Source of the DNA: Hypanus sabinus
Taxonomy: Eukaryota
Direction: 5' to 3'
Length of the DNA: 64,000 bases
Assembly (NCBI RefSeq): GCF_030144855.1
Contig: NC_082731.1
Coordinates: 28,148,001-28,212,000 of the forward strand
Part shown: positions 1 through 13,079 of the stretch, in pieces
Numbering within the stretch: position 1 is the first letter of the stretch
Layout: each line of letters begins with the position of its first letter
Program-made: the position numbers and the translations under genes
Notes under the pieces: model-generated
What the model was told of the DNA's origin: nothing
Seen by the model: only the letters and a program-made list of their open reading frames with translations
The model's database searches: none

Positions 1-1133
1 AGCTTCAACATCTTCTCTACCAACCCGCAGGTAGCAGGGAGACCCTGAAGTTGAATGACTCAGCAGTCAACTTCCCCTTTTTCCAGTAGTTTCTTCCCGG
101 CTTGTCACACAGGGACTCTGGACATTACCGTCACCGGGAAAAGATGCACCAGGGCATCCCCCACTTGAAGGTGACCTCCCTCTTCGTCGTGTTCCTGACA
201 ATCACTGCCATCCTGTTCACCTGCACAACCGAGGGCTTCTGCTGTTCTCAACTTTGGCTCAATCTCTGCCGCTCCCCGGGGCAGGCTATCCATGGTCACT
301 TCACCACAGGGTACCACTACCGAGGACTCTACCCTGCTAATGGAGGCCTCCTGTGCCTCTGACACATTCTCCTCCTCTTGTATTTCTCTGATCAGCTCAA
401 CAATCAAGGGAAGGGGGGTCACGTCTTACGAGATAGTCGGAGACCTCAAGCGATCAGGTCCTGGGACTGGGCGCCCTTTGCTATCTGGTCCACTCTTAAC
501 TGATCCACCTCAGCCGCCTGAATGGCCCCTCTGCACCGCAAGCAATTCAGCTGCCTGTCTAGCTGAAAGAGGGAGGCAGAAAGCTTCTCCCCCTGCCTGG
601 CCCTGCAGTCTCTGGCCCTGCCAAACGTGTGAAATCTGAGGTGCAAAACCTCTTGTTTGTGTGGATACTGCGTGATGTGTTCCCCGTTACAAATCAGTAC
701 CACAAAATAACACAGTACACCATATACAATTAAATGATTTAGCTTTACAATTCTTAATTTGACTGGAGGGTTAGTAAGAAAAACAAAAAGGGCCCATTTT
801 AATGAAACAGTCTAAAGTGCACGTTGGAGCTCACGGTTTCCTGTCCGTTAGTCCTCCATCGATTTCCCCCCGGGCATCATCGACTCCCGGTCCCATTCCA
901 AGTCCACTCCATCCTGCAGTCTACAACCTCTTCATTGTGGCATCTTCTCTCTCCATCTTCCACTGAACAAAAGACCTTGAACTGCTCACTCTCAGGCACA
1001 GAACAAGAAAATAACACTCCCTTCATTGGACTGCGCAAATTCCAAAGCCACCTTTATCTCTAGTCATAGCCCAAACACTGCTGCTACAGAGTGACCATTA
1101 CATTAGCAGTGAAACCTTTCCCAGAATGTTACA
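1..1133 (-). mobile_element. Degenerate Gypsy-type LTR retrotransposon: one LTR (about 628-1133) plus internal remnant running off the window
   Basis: On the minus strand the segment starts TGTAAC (1133) and ends TTTCACA (628). The internal part translates to KLTAESFNFRVSLLPAGW, resembling the FxFGDSPxPEEW stretch of fish Gypsy pol. There is no partner LTR in the window. Confidence 0.55.
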
Positions 1134-1334
1134 GAATGTTAACCCCCACTGACTCTGGGTTGCATAATGCAAATACATGTATCTGGGGTCACGTGGTGAG
1201 TTTCTTGGTTTGCAATCGACTCCATTCTGCAGCTCCACGAACACTATCATTATGGGTGCATTTTAAACTGAATGTACAATCCACATTCAGGTATGAAGAC
1301 TGGCTGTTGTTGAAATTAGTATTTGCTATATAAC

Positions 1335-1895
1335 ATAACTCCAGAATATGTCCTAACAGCTCTCCACACAATTGAGCACATCTACAAGGAGTTTGTTACA
1401 GGAAAGCAACATCCATCATCGAGCACATCCACCATCCAGGACATGCTCTCTTCTCACTGCTGCCATCAGGAAGAAGTTACAGAAGCCTTGTGTCCCAGAC
1501 CACCAGGTTCAGGAACAGTTATCACCACACAACCATTATGCTCTGGAACCAGGGTCAATAACTTCACTCACCCCAACACTGAACTGATTCCGTAAGTCCA
1601 TAAGATATAGGAGTAGAATTAGGCTTCACAACCTATGGACTCACTGTCAAGGGCTCTACAGCTGAAGTTCACGATATTATTTATGTATTTATTTATTATT
1701 ATTATTTTGATAACGTTTTCATATTTACACACTTCCTTGTATTTTACACATTGGTTCTTTGCCCATCTTCGTTTTTCATTGATTTTATTGTGATTCTATT
1801 TGCGTTTACTGTCAATACCTGCAAGAAAATGTATCTCAGTGTAGTATATAGTGCCATCAATGTACTTTGATAATAAATTTACTTTGAACTTTGTA
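1335..1895 (+). mobile_element. Rex1/Babar-type LINE 3' fragment(s)
   Basis: Translates to KATSIIEHIHHPGHALFSLLPSGRSYRSL...TRFRNSY, the typical C-terminus of this clade. Ends in a ctttgataataaatttactttgaactttg tail. Confidence 0.65.
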
Positions 1896-2109
1896 CTTTT
1901 GGTGATACAGAGGGTGGAGGAGGAGCAAGAGACAGAGCTGGAGGTCAGGTAGATCAGGAGGCAGAAGGTAAGGGGTAGAGGGGGAGCAGTTACTGGATAC
2001 TGAAGAATTTAATTTTAATGCTGTTGAGGTTTAGGCTTCCCTGGAGAATATCAGCACACTCAGCACCCTAGGATTTACTGTGAAAGACTTTGCTTGGATT
2101 GTCCTCCCA

Positions 2110-3395
2110 AATTGGAGCACCTCATAGAGCATGGAAATAGGACTCTTGGCCCAAATGGTCAAATTGGACCAAGTTTCTCATCAAAGCTGCCCATTTGCCA
2201 GTGCATACCCAACATCCCTTGAAAACGGTTGTTTCCAACCCTTTAATGCCATTGACCAATGCTATTAAGCAAGGTTCCACGGACCCAAGGTTAGGAGTCC
2301 CTGCTCTAAGACCTTCCTATCTATATACCTGTCCAAGTGTTTTGTTTGTTCAAATATTGTTCTTGCATCTGCCTAACCCACTTCATCTGGCAGCTGTGTA
2401 GACCATCCTCTGGCTGAAAAAGTTGTTCCTTCTGTTCCTATTAAGTCACTTCTTCTACCATTGAGCATGACTTCCTGACATTGTATTCCATCTACCACTT
2501 ATTTGCCCATTCTCCTAATCTGTCCAAGTTTTTTGTTGCCTCTTTACTTCCTGAGAACCATCTGCCCCTCCACCTATGACAAACTGGGTAATAATTTATT
2601 TTCTTTAGCTTTTCTCCCTTCTTGAAGAGTGAAGTGACATATGCAATTTACCACTCTTCTGGAACCATTCCAGAATCTAATGATCCTTGAAAGATCATTA
2701 TTAATGCCTCTATAATCAATTCAACCACCTCTTTCTGAACCCTGGGGTGTACACCATCTGGTCCAGGTGACTTACCTACCTTCAGACCTTTCAGTTTCTC
2801 ATGAATCTTCTCTCTAGTAATGGTAGCTTCACACACTTCATGACACTTGACACCTGGAATGTCTACCACACTGCTTGTGTCTTCCACAGTGAAGACTGAT
2901 GAAATATATTTATTCATCTGCCATTTTATTGGCCCTCATTACTACCTTTCCAGCATCCTTTTCCAGTGGTCTGATATGCCCTCTCACCTCTCTTTTACAC
3001 TTCATGTCGATGAAGAAACTGCTGGTATCCTCATTAATATTATTGGCTAGCTTACTTTCATATTCCATCTTTACCTCCTTGCTGACTTTTTTAGTTGCCT
3101 TCTATTGTTCTTTAAAAGCTTCCTCATCCTCGACCCAATTTCTGCTCAGGTATATGCCCTCTCTTTAGCTTTATGTTGGCCTTGACTTCCCTTGTTCGCC
3201 ATGGCTGTGTCATCTTGCCTTTAGAATACTTTTTCTTTTCAGGAATGTATATATTCTGTGCCTTGTGAATTGCTTCCAGCTATTGCTGCTCTGCCATCAT
3301 CCCTGCCAGTGTTCTTTTCCAATCAATTCTGGTGATCAACTCCTCTCTCATTACTCTGTAACTTCCTTTACTCCACTGTAATATTGATATATCTA
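2110..3395 (-). mobile_element. CR1 LINE ORF2 fragments
   Basis: ORF 2648-2917 reads KYISSVFTVED...KSPGPDGVHPRVQKEV...DSGMVPEEW, a CR1 ORF2 linker/RT start. Internal deletions are present. Confidence 0.8.
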
Positions 3396-6300
3396 ACATG
3401 ATTACCAATTTGCGGGACTGTCCTGAATCCTTAAAGGGGCTGCACCAGCTATCCGCACTGCGAAGAGTTAGAGTGTCTAAATTCCAGAAGCTGGATCTGT
3501 TGGGTGTGTTTTGTAACAGGACCCATCACCTGTGGCTGACTGCTGGCAACACTGTCTGTTTGTAGAGGTGGTAATGATAGTTATCGAAGAGGGCTGGATC
3601 TAAGATGTTTCTATCAGGCACCCAGCACCTCTCCTGGGGTCCAAATTCTTCCCAGTTCACAAGCTATTGTCGAACAGTCAGAACAGTACGCAAGTATAAA
3701 CGTCTTCTCACAGTGAAGACCTGTTCCCCTTCAATAACCCAGAGTGGCAGCAGGGCTGATGGTATTGGGGCTAAGGGGCTGATGCAGACAGGTTTTAATT
3801 TAGAGATGTAGAAGGTGGGGTTGATCTTTAGAGTCTTGGAGAGCTGCAAGGTCTAAGCCATGGAGTTTACTTTCCTTCGGATTTCGATGGGTCCAGTGAA
3901 ATTGCACACCAACTTTCTAGATTCCACATGGAGATGCAAATTATAAGTGGACAGCCAGACCTGTTGCTCTGGGTATAAATTGGGTCCCTGTTTTCTCCTT
4001 CAGTTTGCCTTAGTCTCTGACCTCTGGATAGAGGCCAGAAAAGTTTCTCATGCCCTAATCCAATTCTGCCTTCAGCATTGGATGAAATCTTTGGCCGCAG
4101 GGACCCCAACCTCTGCCTCCTTGCATGGAAAGAGAGGCAGTGGATAACCAAACTGTCATTTGAACGGTGACATCCCATACACTGAATGCTGTAAGGTGTT
4201 GTTGGCAACACACATCAAATGGTCACATCACTCATAAGGAGTTTCCAAGGCCAGGCATCTCAGGGTACATTCTAAATCTTGTTTACTTCACTCCATCTGA
4301 CCTTTGGATTGCTGGTGAAACCCAGAGGAAAAGCTTACTGTGCCCCTATCAATTTACAGAACACTCTCCAGAAATGTGATGTTTATAGTGGACCACAATC
4401 TGAGACAATGTCCACCAGGAATCTGTGGATCCTGAAGGCCAGGACCAGAACAATTTTGGCTGTCCCAGCTGCAGATGGTTGCTTCTCCAGGACAATGAAC
4501 TTGTAGGCTTTCAAAAACCAATCGGTAATTACCATGATGACCGACTTCCCCTTGGATGACGGGAGACCCGTGACAAAGTCTATGGAGGTGTGTTTCCAAT
4601 GTTTTTCCAGAACTGGACGGGGGTGGGGGAGCTCTTGAGATCAGTCATGAGTCTCCTTGTTCCAGTCACACATCTTACATGCTTCCACGATGTACCAAAC
4701 CTCTTTGTCATTCCAGGCCACCAATTGCTCCTCTTGATAAACCTGAGGGTCCTGGCAATCCCTGGCAGTGTGGTCATTGTCGTTGAATGACCCCATTGGA
4801 GTACCTGCGACCGGACTGAACTTGTGACAAAGAGCTGACACAGAGGTCTGTTCTGAGAACCTCCCCACTTGCGCTTGGGTCTTGTGAACAGGAGCTTCGA
4901 TTGCTCATCAAATTGCTGTTACCACCCTGACTTGTGACAAAATGGGGGTAGGTTGCTCCTCTCATTCTGGTTCATCGAACTCACGGGACAGGGCATCTGG
5001 CTTCTGGTTCTTTGACCCCAGTCAACATATCAGGATGAGTTCAAAGAACAAAGACAACCTGACCTGCTTGGAATTCAGCATCTTGGCCTCCTGAATATAA
5101 GCCAGGTTCTTCTGGACAGTCTAAATGATAAAAGGGTTCCTGGTCCTCTCAAACCAGTGACGCCATTACTCCAAAGCTAAGAACTGCAAGGGGCTCCCAA
5201 TTCCCATTCTCATAGTTCCTCTCCGCCAGGGATAGCCACCTGGAGAAGAATGCACACGGGTGTAGTTTACCATCCGAAGGTGATCGTTGAGACGAGACGG
5301 CACCCACTCCATTGATTAAGGTCTCCACCTCCATGATGAATGGGAGGTCCAGGTTAGGAGAAACCAAGATAGAAGCTGTTGTGAACCAGTGTTTGAGCTC
5401 AACAAAAGCAGACTCTGCTTCAGTCGTCCAGACGTAAGGGTGTGTAGAATTCTTAATTAGCAACATCAGCAGACTTGCACCAACTGGAGTTGCTTATGAA
5501 CTTCTGGTAGAAATTTTCTAACCCCAATAAATATTGGATTTGGTTGATGCTCGATGATGGTGGCCAGTCTCTGACTGTCTGGGTCTTGGTACGTCTTGGT
5601 AGGCTCCACCTTGAGATTGCCATTGGAGATGATGAACGTCAAGAATGAAATAGTCATCACGTGAAACTTAGACTTCTCCAACAGAACATCAACTCCATGC
5701 TCTAGAAGCCTCTTTAAAATGTCCCTGACGATAACGTCATTTTTCCCCATGGACGTTGAAAAGATTAGGATATCATCAATGTAGATGAAGAAATACTTAC
5801 AAAGAATATCCATAATGGCTGGAGCATTCACGAGGCTGAAGGGCATAACCAGGTACTCGTAGTGCCCCATTAGTGTATTGAATGCAGTCTTTCAGTCATC
5901 ACATTCTCTTAGATTGTCCAGATAGTACGCACTTCGTCATTCCAGGTTTGTGAATACTCTCACACTTGGAGCATCTTGATGTCCATGAATGGCAGCGCGT
6001 AGCAATTTTTGGCCATCATTTTGTACAAAGCAGAAGCCTGTGCCAGCGAGTGAGGTGGAGGACCGAATGAGGCCTGTGGCAAGAGTCCCCTTGATATACT
6101 CTTCCACTACACTTCCCTCTGGGCCCAAGACAGTGTTAATCAACCCTGCAAGGGACAAGTACCAGGCAGCAGATATTGCACAGTCATCGGTGTTTCAGAA
6201 AAGTAAAGGCCTTTCACTTGCTCGAGGCCTCCTCCACGTCCTTGCAGATGGAAATGCTTTCAACAGGTTTGGGTGTGCTGACTCCTTGGACTTTTTTTGG

Positions 6301-7190
6301 AAGATGACCTCTGAGGCTTTTTAGTCAGCGGGGTGATTCAACCGAACTCAGAGTCCGCTCCCTCGGCTCGCAAAGCTCATTCATGGAAACGAGACAAATC
6401 AGAGCCCAAATCCCCATCAATGCTCAGGCAATGGCAGTGAGGCATTACAGAGGTTTCTTTCCCTCCTGGAAATTGGCTTCAAGGCTCGGCATAATGGAGT
6501 CATTCTGTTACTCGAGACCTGGTAGCTGTGTTCGTTAAGGTTGGCTGCAAGTTCCCCAGAAAGTTCGGGCATCTCTTCGGTCCTCTCTTCAATGAGAGAT
6601 TCCCTCTCTCTCTAGTTCTTGTGGGATCCTGACATGACAGTGTCGGGGCTCATACAGTCCCATTGTCTGGAATCAGTTTGTCCATCCAGGAGTGCAGGAC
6701 TGGTTCACCAGAAGGTCTTGGGTTACTTAGCACTGACAGCTGCCCCCTTTTTGGTCATTTTTCATGGGACGGTCTGGGTCTTGGAACACCATGCCACAAA
6801 CAAACCCTCTTACAATGACTGGACCAAGCAATTGAGAGGCTGTGCCAGGAGGGGATTTGGTACTCGAATTAGGGTAGTAAAAGGAACAGATAATGTTAGT
6901 GTGTGGGATGTGAAACCAACGTTCTGTTTCAATGATTCTCCCCTCCCTCCAGTCCATGGAGGATTATGCTGGGATAACCAAGGGTACTGGAGAATCAGGG
7001 TTACAAGTGGGGAATCAATAATGTGGAAACTAATGTCTTCCACATGATCCGCTATCCTCATCTGCAGATCCACTGGATCTGCCCGGAACCTAGTGGGTGA
7101 CCGTCCAAGACAGTGGCAAGCATGGGACGGCTCAACTCTCGCAGTGGGCAGTAACTCACAGATTAGTTACAGTACCTGGGCCTTTGTACC
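3396..7190 (-). mobile_element. Tf1/sushi-like (chromoviral) Gypsy element, 5'-truncated and degenerate
   Basis: Order on the minus strand: protease region (ILQYPWLSQHNP, 6810-7073), RT (YEYLVMPFSL, YIDDILIFS, 5466-5870), RNase H (SDGKLHPCAFFSRWLSLAERNY, 5149-5466), integrase (DFVTGLP-like remnants, 4354-4870), then INPTFYISKLKP and the start of a chromodomain (3664-3849). A likely 3' LTR begins TGTTACA at about 3527. Confidence 0.8.
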
Positions 7191-7194
7191 TCAG

Positions 7195-8120
7195 TTGGAT
7201 GCTCCGGTCAGGAAGACCACAATTGGTGATAATAACTCTCCTTGCTGACGATCAACACTGGTGCACATCAGGGGTGTGTGCTTAGCCCGCTGCTTCTCTC
7301 TCGCTATACCCATGACTGTGTGGCTGGGCATAGCTCAAATACCATTTATAAATTTGCTGATGATCCAGCCATTGTTGGTAGAATCTCAGATGGAGATGAG
7401 AGGGTGTACAGGAGCGAGATATACTAACTTGTGGAGTGGTGTCACAGCAACAACCTGGCACTCTATATCAGGAAGATGAAAGAGCTGATTGTGGATTTCC
7501 AGAAGGGTAAGATCAAGGAGAACATACCAATCCTCACAGAGGAATCAGAATTGGAGACAGTGAGCCATTTCAAGTTCCTTGGTGTCAAGATCTCTGAGCA
7601 CCTAACCTGCTCCCAACATATCAATGCAAACTCGTCAGGACTTTGAAACATCAACATAAACACTCAAAAACTTCTATAGATGTACCATGGAGAGCACTCT
7701 GACAGGCTGCCACACTGTCTGACGTGGGGGGTGGGGGGGGGGGGGCGGTGGTGGGTGGCTAATCCACAGGACCGAAAGAAGTTGCAGAGGGTCGTAAATT
7801 GTGTCAGCTCCGTATTATTGGGTACTAGCCTGCATAGTACCCAGGACATCTTCAAAGAGAGGTGTCTCAGAAAGGCAGTGTCCATCATTAAGGACCCCCA
7901 GCACCCATTACCATCAGATAGGAGGTACAGAAACCTGAAGGCACACACTCAGTGATTCAGGAACAGCTTTTGCTCCTCTGCTGCTCGATTCCTAAATGGA
8001 CATTGAACCCAAGAACACCCGCTCACTTTTTAAATATATATTATTTCTGTTTTTGCATAATTTTTAATCTTGTTCAATATACTTATACTGTAATTGATTT
8101 ATTTATTTTTCTTTTATTTA
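7195..8120 (+). mobile_element. Rex1/Babar LINE 3' part; its tail resumes at 12186-12273 after the CR1 insertion
   Basis: INTGAHQGCVLSPLLLSRYTHDC...IYKFADD RT motif and a PSDRRYRNLKAHT C-terminus. The 3' UTR continues after the CR1 and ends in (ATTCTG)n. Confidence 0.8.
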
Positions 8121-8124
8121 AATG

Positions 8125-11100
8125 GAAGCAAGAGGCTGAGAGTGAAGGAGTAAAGGAATCTTGGAGATTTTTTTACACTGCTCTGGGAAAAGAGGCTCGA
8201 GTGCGTAGGTGCATGATGTAGAGCGCCAAAGATTTAAAAAAAGACCACCATATACAGTGGACAGCGGAGTGAGAGGGAGCAGAGTGGGATGGCTTTGACT
8301 CAACAGGCTTCGGTGTGAACAGGCAGAGGTTCCGGTAAGTTTTGTTTTGTTTATTTAGAGTAGTGAGAATGCCAGGCAGGATGTTGGAATGCTCCTCTTG
8401 CAGGATGTGGGAAGTCAGGGAGACTTCCTTAGGGATTAGGGAACTAGAGCAGGGGCTGGATGACCTCTGGATCAATCACAAGAATGAGGAGTTTATCAAT
8501 TGTAGTTGTCAATTAATAGTTTCAGCGAGGTAGTTATGCAAAAGGTAATTGGGTTATCGTCAGGCGAGGGAAGGGGAAAGGGAAGGCAGAGCAGGGATCC
8601 CCTATGGCCATTCCGCTCAACAACAAGTATACTGATTTGGATACTGTTGGGGGGATGACCTACCTGGGACAAGCTGCAGCAGCCGGATCTCTGGCACTGA
8701 TTCTAGTTCTGCAGTGCAGAAGGGAGGGTGAGAAAAGAGGAGAGTGGTAGTGATAGGGGACTCGATAGTTAGAGCACAGACAGGAGGTTCTGTGGTTGTG
8801 ACAGACAGCCGGATGGTTTGTTGCCTCCCGGGTGCCAGGGTCAGGGATGTCTCTGATCGCGTGCACAGCATTCTGAAGTGGGTGGGTGAGCAGCCAGATG
8901 TCACGGTACACATTTGTACAAATGACATAGGAAGAAAGAGTGAGGAGGTCCTGAAGAGTGAGTATAGAGAGCTCAGTAGGAAGTTAAAAAGCAGGACCTC
9001 GAGGATGGTAATCTCAGGATTGCTACCTGTGCCACGTGCCATTGAGGGTAAGTATAGGATGCTCTGGTGGATGAACACCTAGCTGAGGAACTGGTGTAGT
9101 GTGCAGGGTTTCAGATTTCAGGATCATTGGGACCTGTTCTGGGGCAGGTGGGACCTGTACAAGAGAGATGGGTTACACCTGAACTACAAGGGGACTAATA
9201 TCCTTGCAGGGAGGTTTGTTAATGCTATTGGGGAGGGTTTAAACTAGATTTGCTGGGGAATGGGAACCAGAGTGCCAGAGTAGATAGTGGAGTGGCGGTG
9301 AAAATAAATGATGTTAAAAGTTCATGCAAAGTGACAAATAGAAGGATTGTGTGTGGTGGTATTAATCTTCTGAGGTGTGTCTATTTCAATGCGAGGAGTG
9401 TTGTGGGGAAGGCTGGCGAACTGAGGGTGTGGATTGACAGATGGAATTACAACATTATAGCCATTAGTGAAACTTGGCTACAGGAGGGGCAGGACTGGCA
9501 GCTTAATGTTCCAGGGTTCTGATGTTTCAGACATGATAGAGGCAGAGGAAAGAAGGGTGGAGGGGGTGGCATTGCTAGTCAGGGAAAATGTTACAGCAGT
9601 GCTCAGGCAGGACAGATTAGAGGGCTTGTCTACTGAGGCCATATGGGTGGAGCTGAGAAACAGGAAAGGTATGACCACCCAATAGTCAGTGAGAATTGGA
9701 GGACCAAATCTGCAGAGAGATAGCAGATGACCGCAGGAAACATAAAGTTGTGACAGCAGGGGATTTTAATTTTCCACATATTGATTGGGACTCCCATACT
9801 GTTAAAGGTCTGGACAAGTTATAGTTTGTAAAATGTGTTCAGGAAAGTTTTCTAAATCAGTATATAGAGGTACCAACTAGAGAGGATGCAATTTTAGATC
9901 TCCTATTAGGAAAAGATTTAGGACAGGTGATGGAGGTGTGTGTAGGGGAACACTGTGGTTCCAGTAATCATAACACCATTAGTTTCAATTTGATCATGGA
10001 AACAGATAGATCTGGTCCTTGGGTTGAGAAAGGATCTACAAAGTGTGGATTGGGACTGGTTGTTCTCTGGCAAAGATGTGGTTGGTAAGTGGGAGGCCTT
10101 CAAAGGAGAAATTTAGAGAGTGCAGTTTGTATGTTCCTGTCAGGATTAAAGGCAAAGTGAATAAGGATAAGGAACCTTGGTTCTCAAGGGATATTGGAAA
10201 TCTAATAAAGAAGAAGAGAAAGATGTATGACATGTATAGGGAACAGGGTGAAAATAAAATGCTTGAGGAGTATAACAAGTGCAAATAAACTTTAAAAATA
10301 GAAATTAGGAGGGCTAAAAGAAGGCATGATGTTGCTTTGGCAGTCAAGGTGAAGGATAAACCAAAGATCTTCTACAGGTATATTAAGAGCAAAAGGATAG
10401 AAGGGGATAAATTTGGTCCTCAGAAGATCAGAGTGGTCGGCTATGTATGGAACCAAAAGAAATGGGGGAGATCTTAAATAGGTTTTGCATCTGTATTTAC
10501 TAAGTAAACTAGCATGGAGACAATGGAAATAAGGCAAGCAGGTAGTGAGGTCATGGAACCTACACAGATTGAAGAGGAGGAGGTGCTTGCTATTTTGAGG
10601 CAAATCAGAGTAGATAAATCCACAGGACCTTACAGGGTATTCCCTCAGACCTTGAAGGAGACAAGTGTTGAAATGGCAGGGGCCCTGGCAGATATATTTA
10701 ATATGTCAGTATCTACGAGTGAGGTGCCAGAGGATTGGAGGATAGCTCATGTTCTTAGGTTGTTTAAAAATGCTCTAAAAGTAATCTGGGAAATGATAAG
10801 CCATTAAGTTTGATGTCGGTTGTACGTAAATTATTGAAAGGAGTACTAAGAGATAGGATTGACAAGTATTTGGATAGAGAGGGACTTATTAAGGAGAGTC
10901 AACATGGCTTTGTGCGTGGTAGGTCATGTTTAACAATTTTATTAGCGTTTTTCAAGGAGGTTACCAGGGAAGTGGATGAAGGGAAGGCAGTGGATGTTAT
11001 CTACATGGATTTCAGTAAGGCATTTGGCAGCGTCCCGCATGGGAGGTTAGTTAGGAAGATTCAGTCACTAGGTATACATGGTGAGGTAGTAAGTTGGATT

Positions 11101-12185
11101 AGACATTGCCTCAGTGGGAGAAGTCAGAGAGTGTTAGTGAAGGATTGCTTCTCTGATTGGAGGCCAATGACTAGTGGTGTGCCACAGGGATCAGTGCTGG
11201 GTCCATTGATATTTGTCATCTGTATCAACGATCTGGATGATAATGTGGTAAATTGGATCAGCAAGTTTGCGGTTGATGCAAAGACTGGAGGTGTAGTGGA
11301 CAGTGAGGAAGGTTTTTAAAGCTCGCAGAGGGATTTGGACCAGCTGGACAAATGGGCTGAAAAATGGCAGATGGGGTTTAATACAGACAAGTGTGAGGTA
11401 TTGCACTTTAGAAGGACAAGCCAAGGTAGAACATTTAAGGTAAATGGTAGGGCACTGAGGAGTGCAGTAAAACAGAGGGATCTGGCGATACAGATTCAAA
11501 ATTCCCTAAAAGAGGCATCACAGGTAGATAGGGTAGCAAAGAGAGCTTTTGGTACATTAGCCTGTATAAATCAAAGTATTGAGTATAAGAGTTGGAATGT
11601 TATGGTGAGGTTGTATAAAGCATTGGTGAGGCCGAATTTGGAGCATTGTGTGCAATTTTTGTCACCAAATTACAGGAAGGATACTAATAAGGTTGAAAGA
11701 GTGCAGGGAAGGTTTACAAGGATATTGCCGGGACTTGAGAAACTGAGTTACAGAGAAGGTTTGAATAGGTAAGGACTTTATTCCCTGGAGCGTAGAAGAA
11801 TGAGGGGAGACTTGATAGAGTTATATAAAATTATGACGGGTATAAATAGAGTGAATGCAAGCAGGCTTTTTCCACAGAGGTTAGGGGAGAAAAAAACGAA
11901 AGGACATGGGTTAAGGGTGAAGGGGGAAAAGTTTAAAGGGAACTTGGGAGGGTGTGGCTTCTTCACACAGAGAGTGGTGAGTGTGTGGAATTAGCTGCCA
12001 GATGAAGTGGTAAATGCGTGGTCATTTTTAACATTTAAGAAAAACTTGGACAGATACATGGATGAGAGGTGTATGGAGGGATATGGTCCAGGTGCAGGTC
12101 AGTGGGACTAGGCAGAAAAATGTTCAGCACAGCCAAGAAGGGCTAAAAGGCCTGTTTCTGTGCTGTAATGTTCTATGGTTCTATA
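8125..12185 (+). mobile_element. Near full-length CR1 LINE, inactivated by stops and frameshifts
   Basis: ORF1 has an SGNH/GDSL esterase-like domain (VVIGDSIVR...CLPGARVRD...HICTNDIG, 8744-9082). ORF2 has an endonuclease (YFNARS, ISETWL, GDFNFP) and RT (QHGFVRGRSCLT, GVPQGSVLGP, KFAVD). The tail is ttctatggttctat. Confidence 0.9.
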
Positions 12186-12279
12186 TTATATATTACATTG
12201 AAATGCTGCTGCTAAGTTAACAAATTTCATGACACATGCTGGTGATAATAAACCTTATTCTGATTCTGATTCTGGATGT

Positions 12280-13079
12280 TGAATAGGCCAATGAATCAAT
12301 GGGAATGGACTAGTGACTGTTTCAGTCACAGTCCTCCTGAAACTGAACAGTCTTAGCATCCCGACTGTTGCATCCTGGGACATTCAATCATGCCCTCTGA
12401 TTATCTGTTTCTCTGACTAAGGGATCTCCTATCAACACTGCATTCCTCTTCACCTCTCTCCTCTTCTGAGCAACATCACCAGACTCAGTGAAAGAGACCC
12501 AGTCACTCATCCTCACAACTGTTAGGTCAGCCCCTCAATAGTATCTAAAGTTAAATATGTATTATTGAGTGGAACAGCCACAGGTGTTCTCTGGACTGGC
12601 TGTGCATTTCCCCTCCTTCTCCTGACAGTCACCCAGTTATCTCTCTCCTGCAACCATGGGGTATCTACTTCCCTCTAGCTCCTGCTTGTCACCTCCTCAT
12701 TCTCCTGTATGAGTTGAAGGTCATCGAGCTGTAGCTCCAGTTCCTTAATACATTCTCTCAGTTGCTGCAACTCGGTGCACCTGGTGTAGGTGTGTTCATC
12801 TAGGAGACTGGAGTCTCCCAGACTTCCCACATCCCACACAGAGTGCAAGACACTGCCCCAGGAGCCATTCTCACTGAACTACCATGACCTAATTGATGAG
12901 GAATGAACAAATGGGAACAGAAAGAGAGAAACCTTATGGTCTTATGGAAGGTGGAGCAGGGGCTAAACAGAGGAAATTCATGGGACATAATCTCCCACAC
13001 ACAGAGCCTTGCTTACTAATCCTCATCAACCCCAGTTTTTAGAAATAGCTCTTGACCCTCAGAACTCCTCCATTAAGAC
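12280..13079 (-). mobile_element. CR1 ORF1 5' fragment within a composite repeat segment (copy A of a duplicated unit)
   Basis: MAPGAVSCTLCGMWEVWET is a CR1 ORF1 N-terminal zinc-finger-like start. The segment is colinear with 51920-52578. Confidence 0.7.

Noticed and set aside
1900-2060. Possible Penelope-like fragment
   Set aside because: The resemblance is too weak to support without a search.
2480-7070. CR1 plus sushi pieces at 2.5-7 kb as a paralogue of 49.6-50.8 kb
   Set aside because: They are the same families, but the junctions and LTR sequences differ, so independent insertions explain it.
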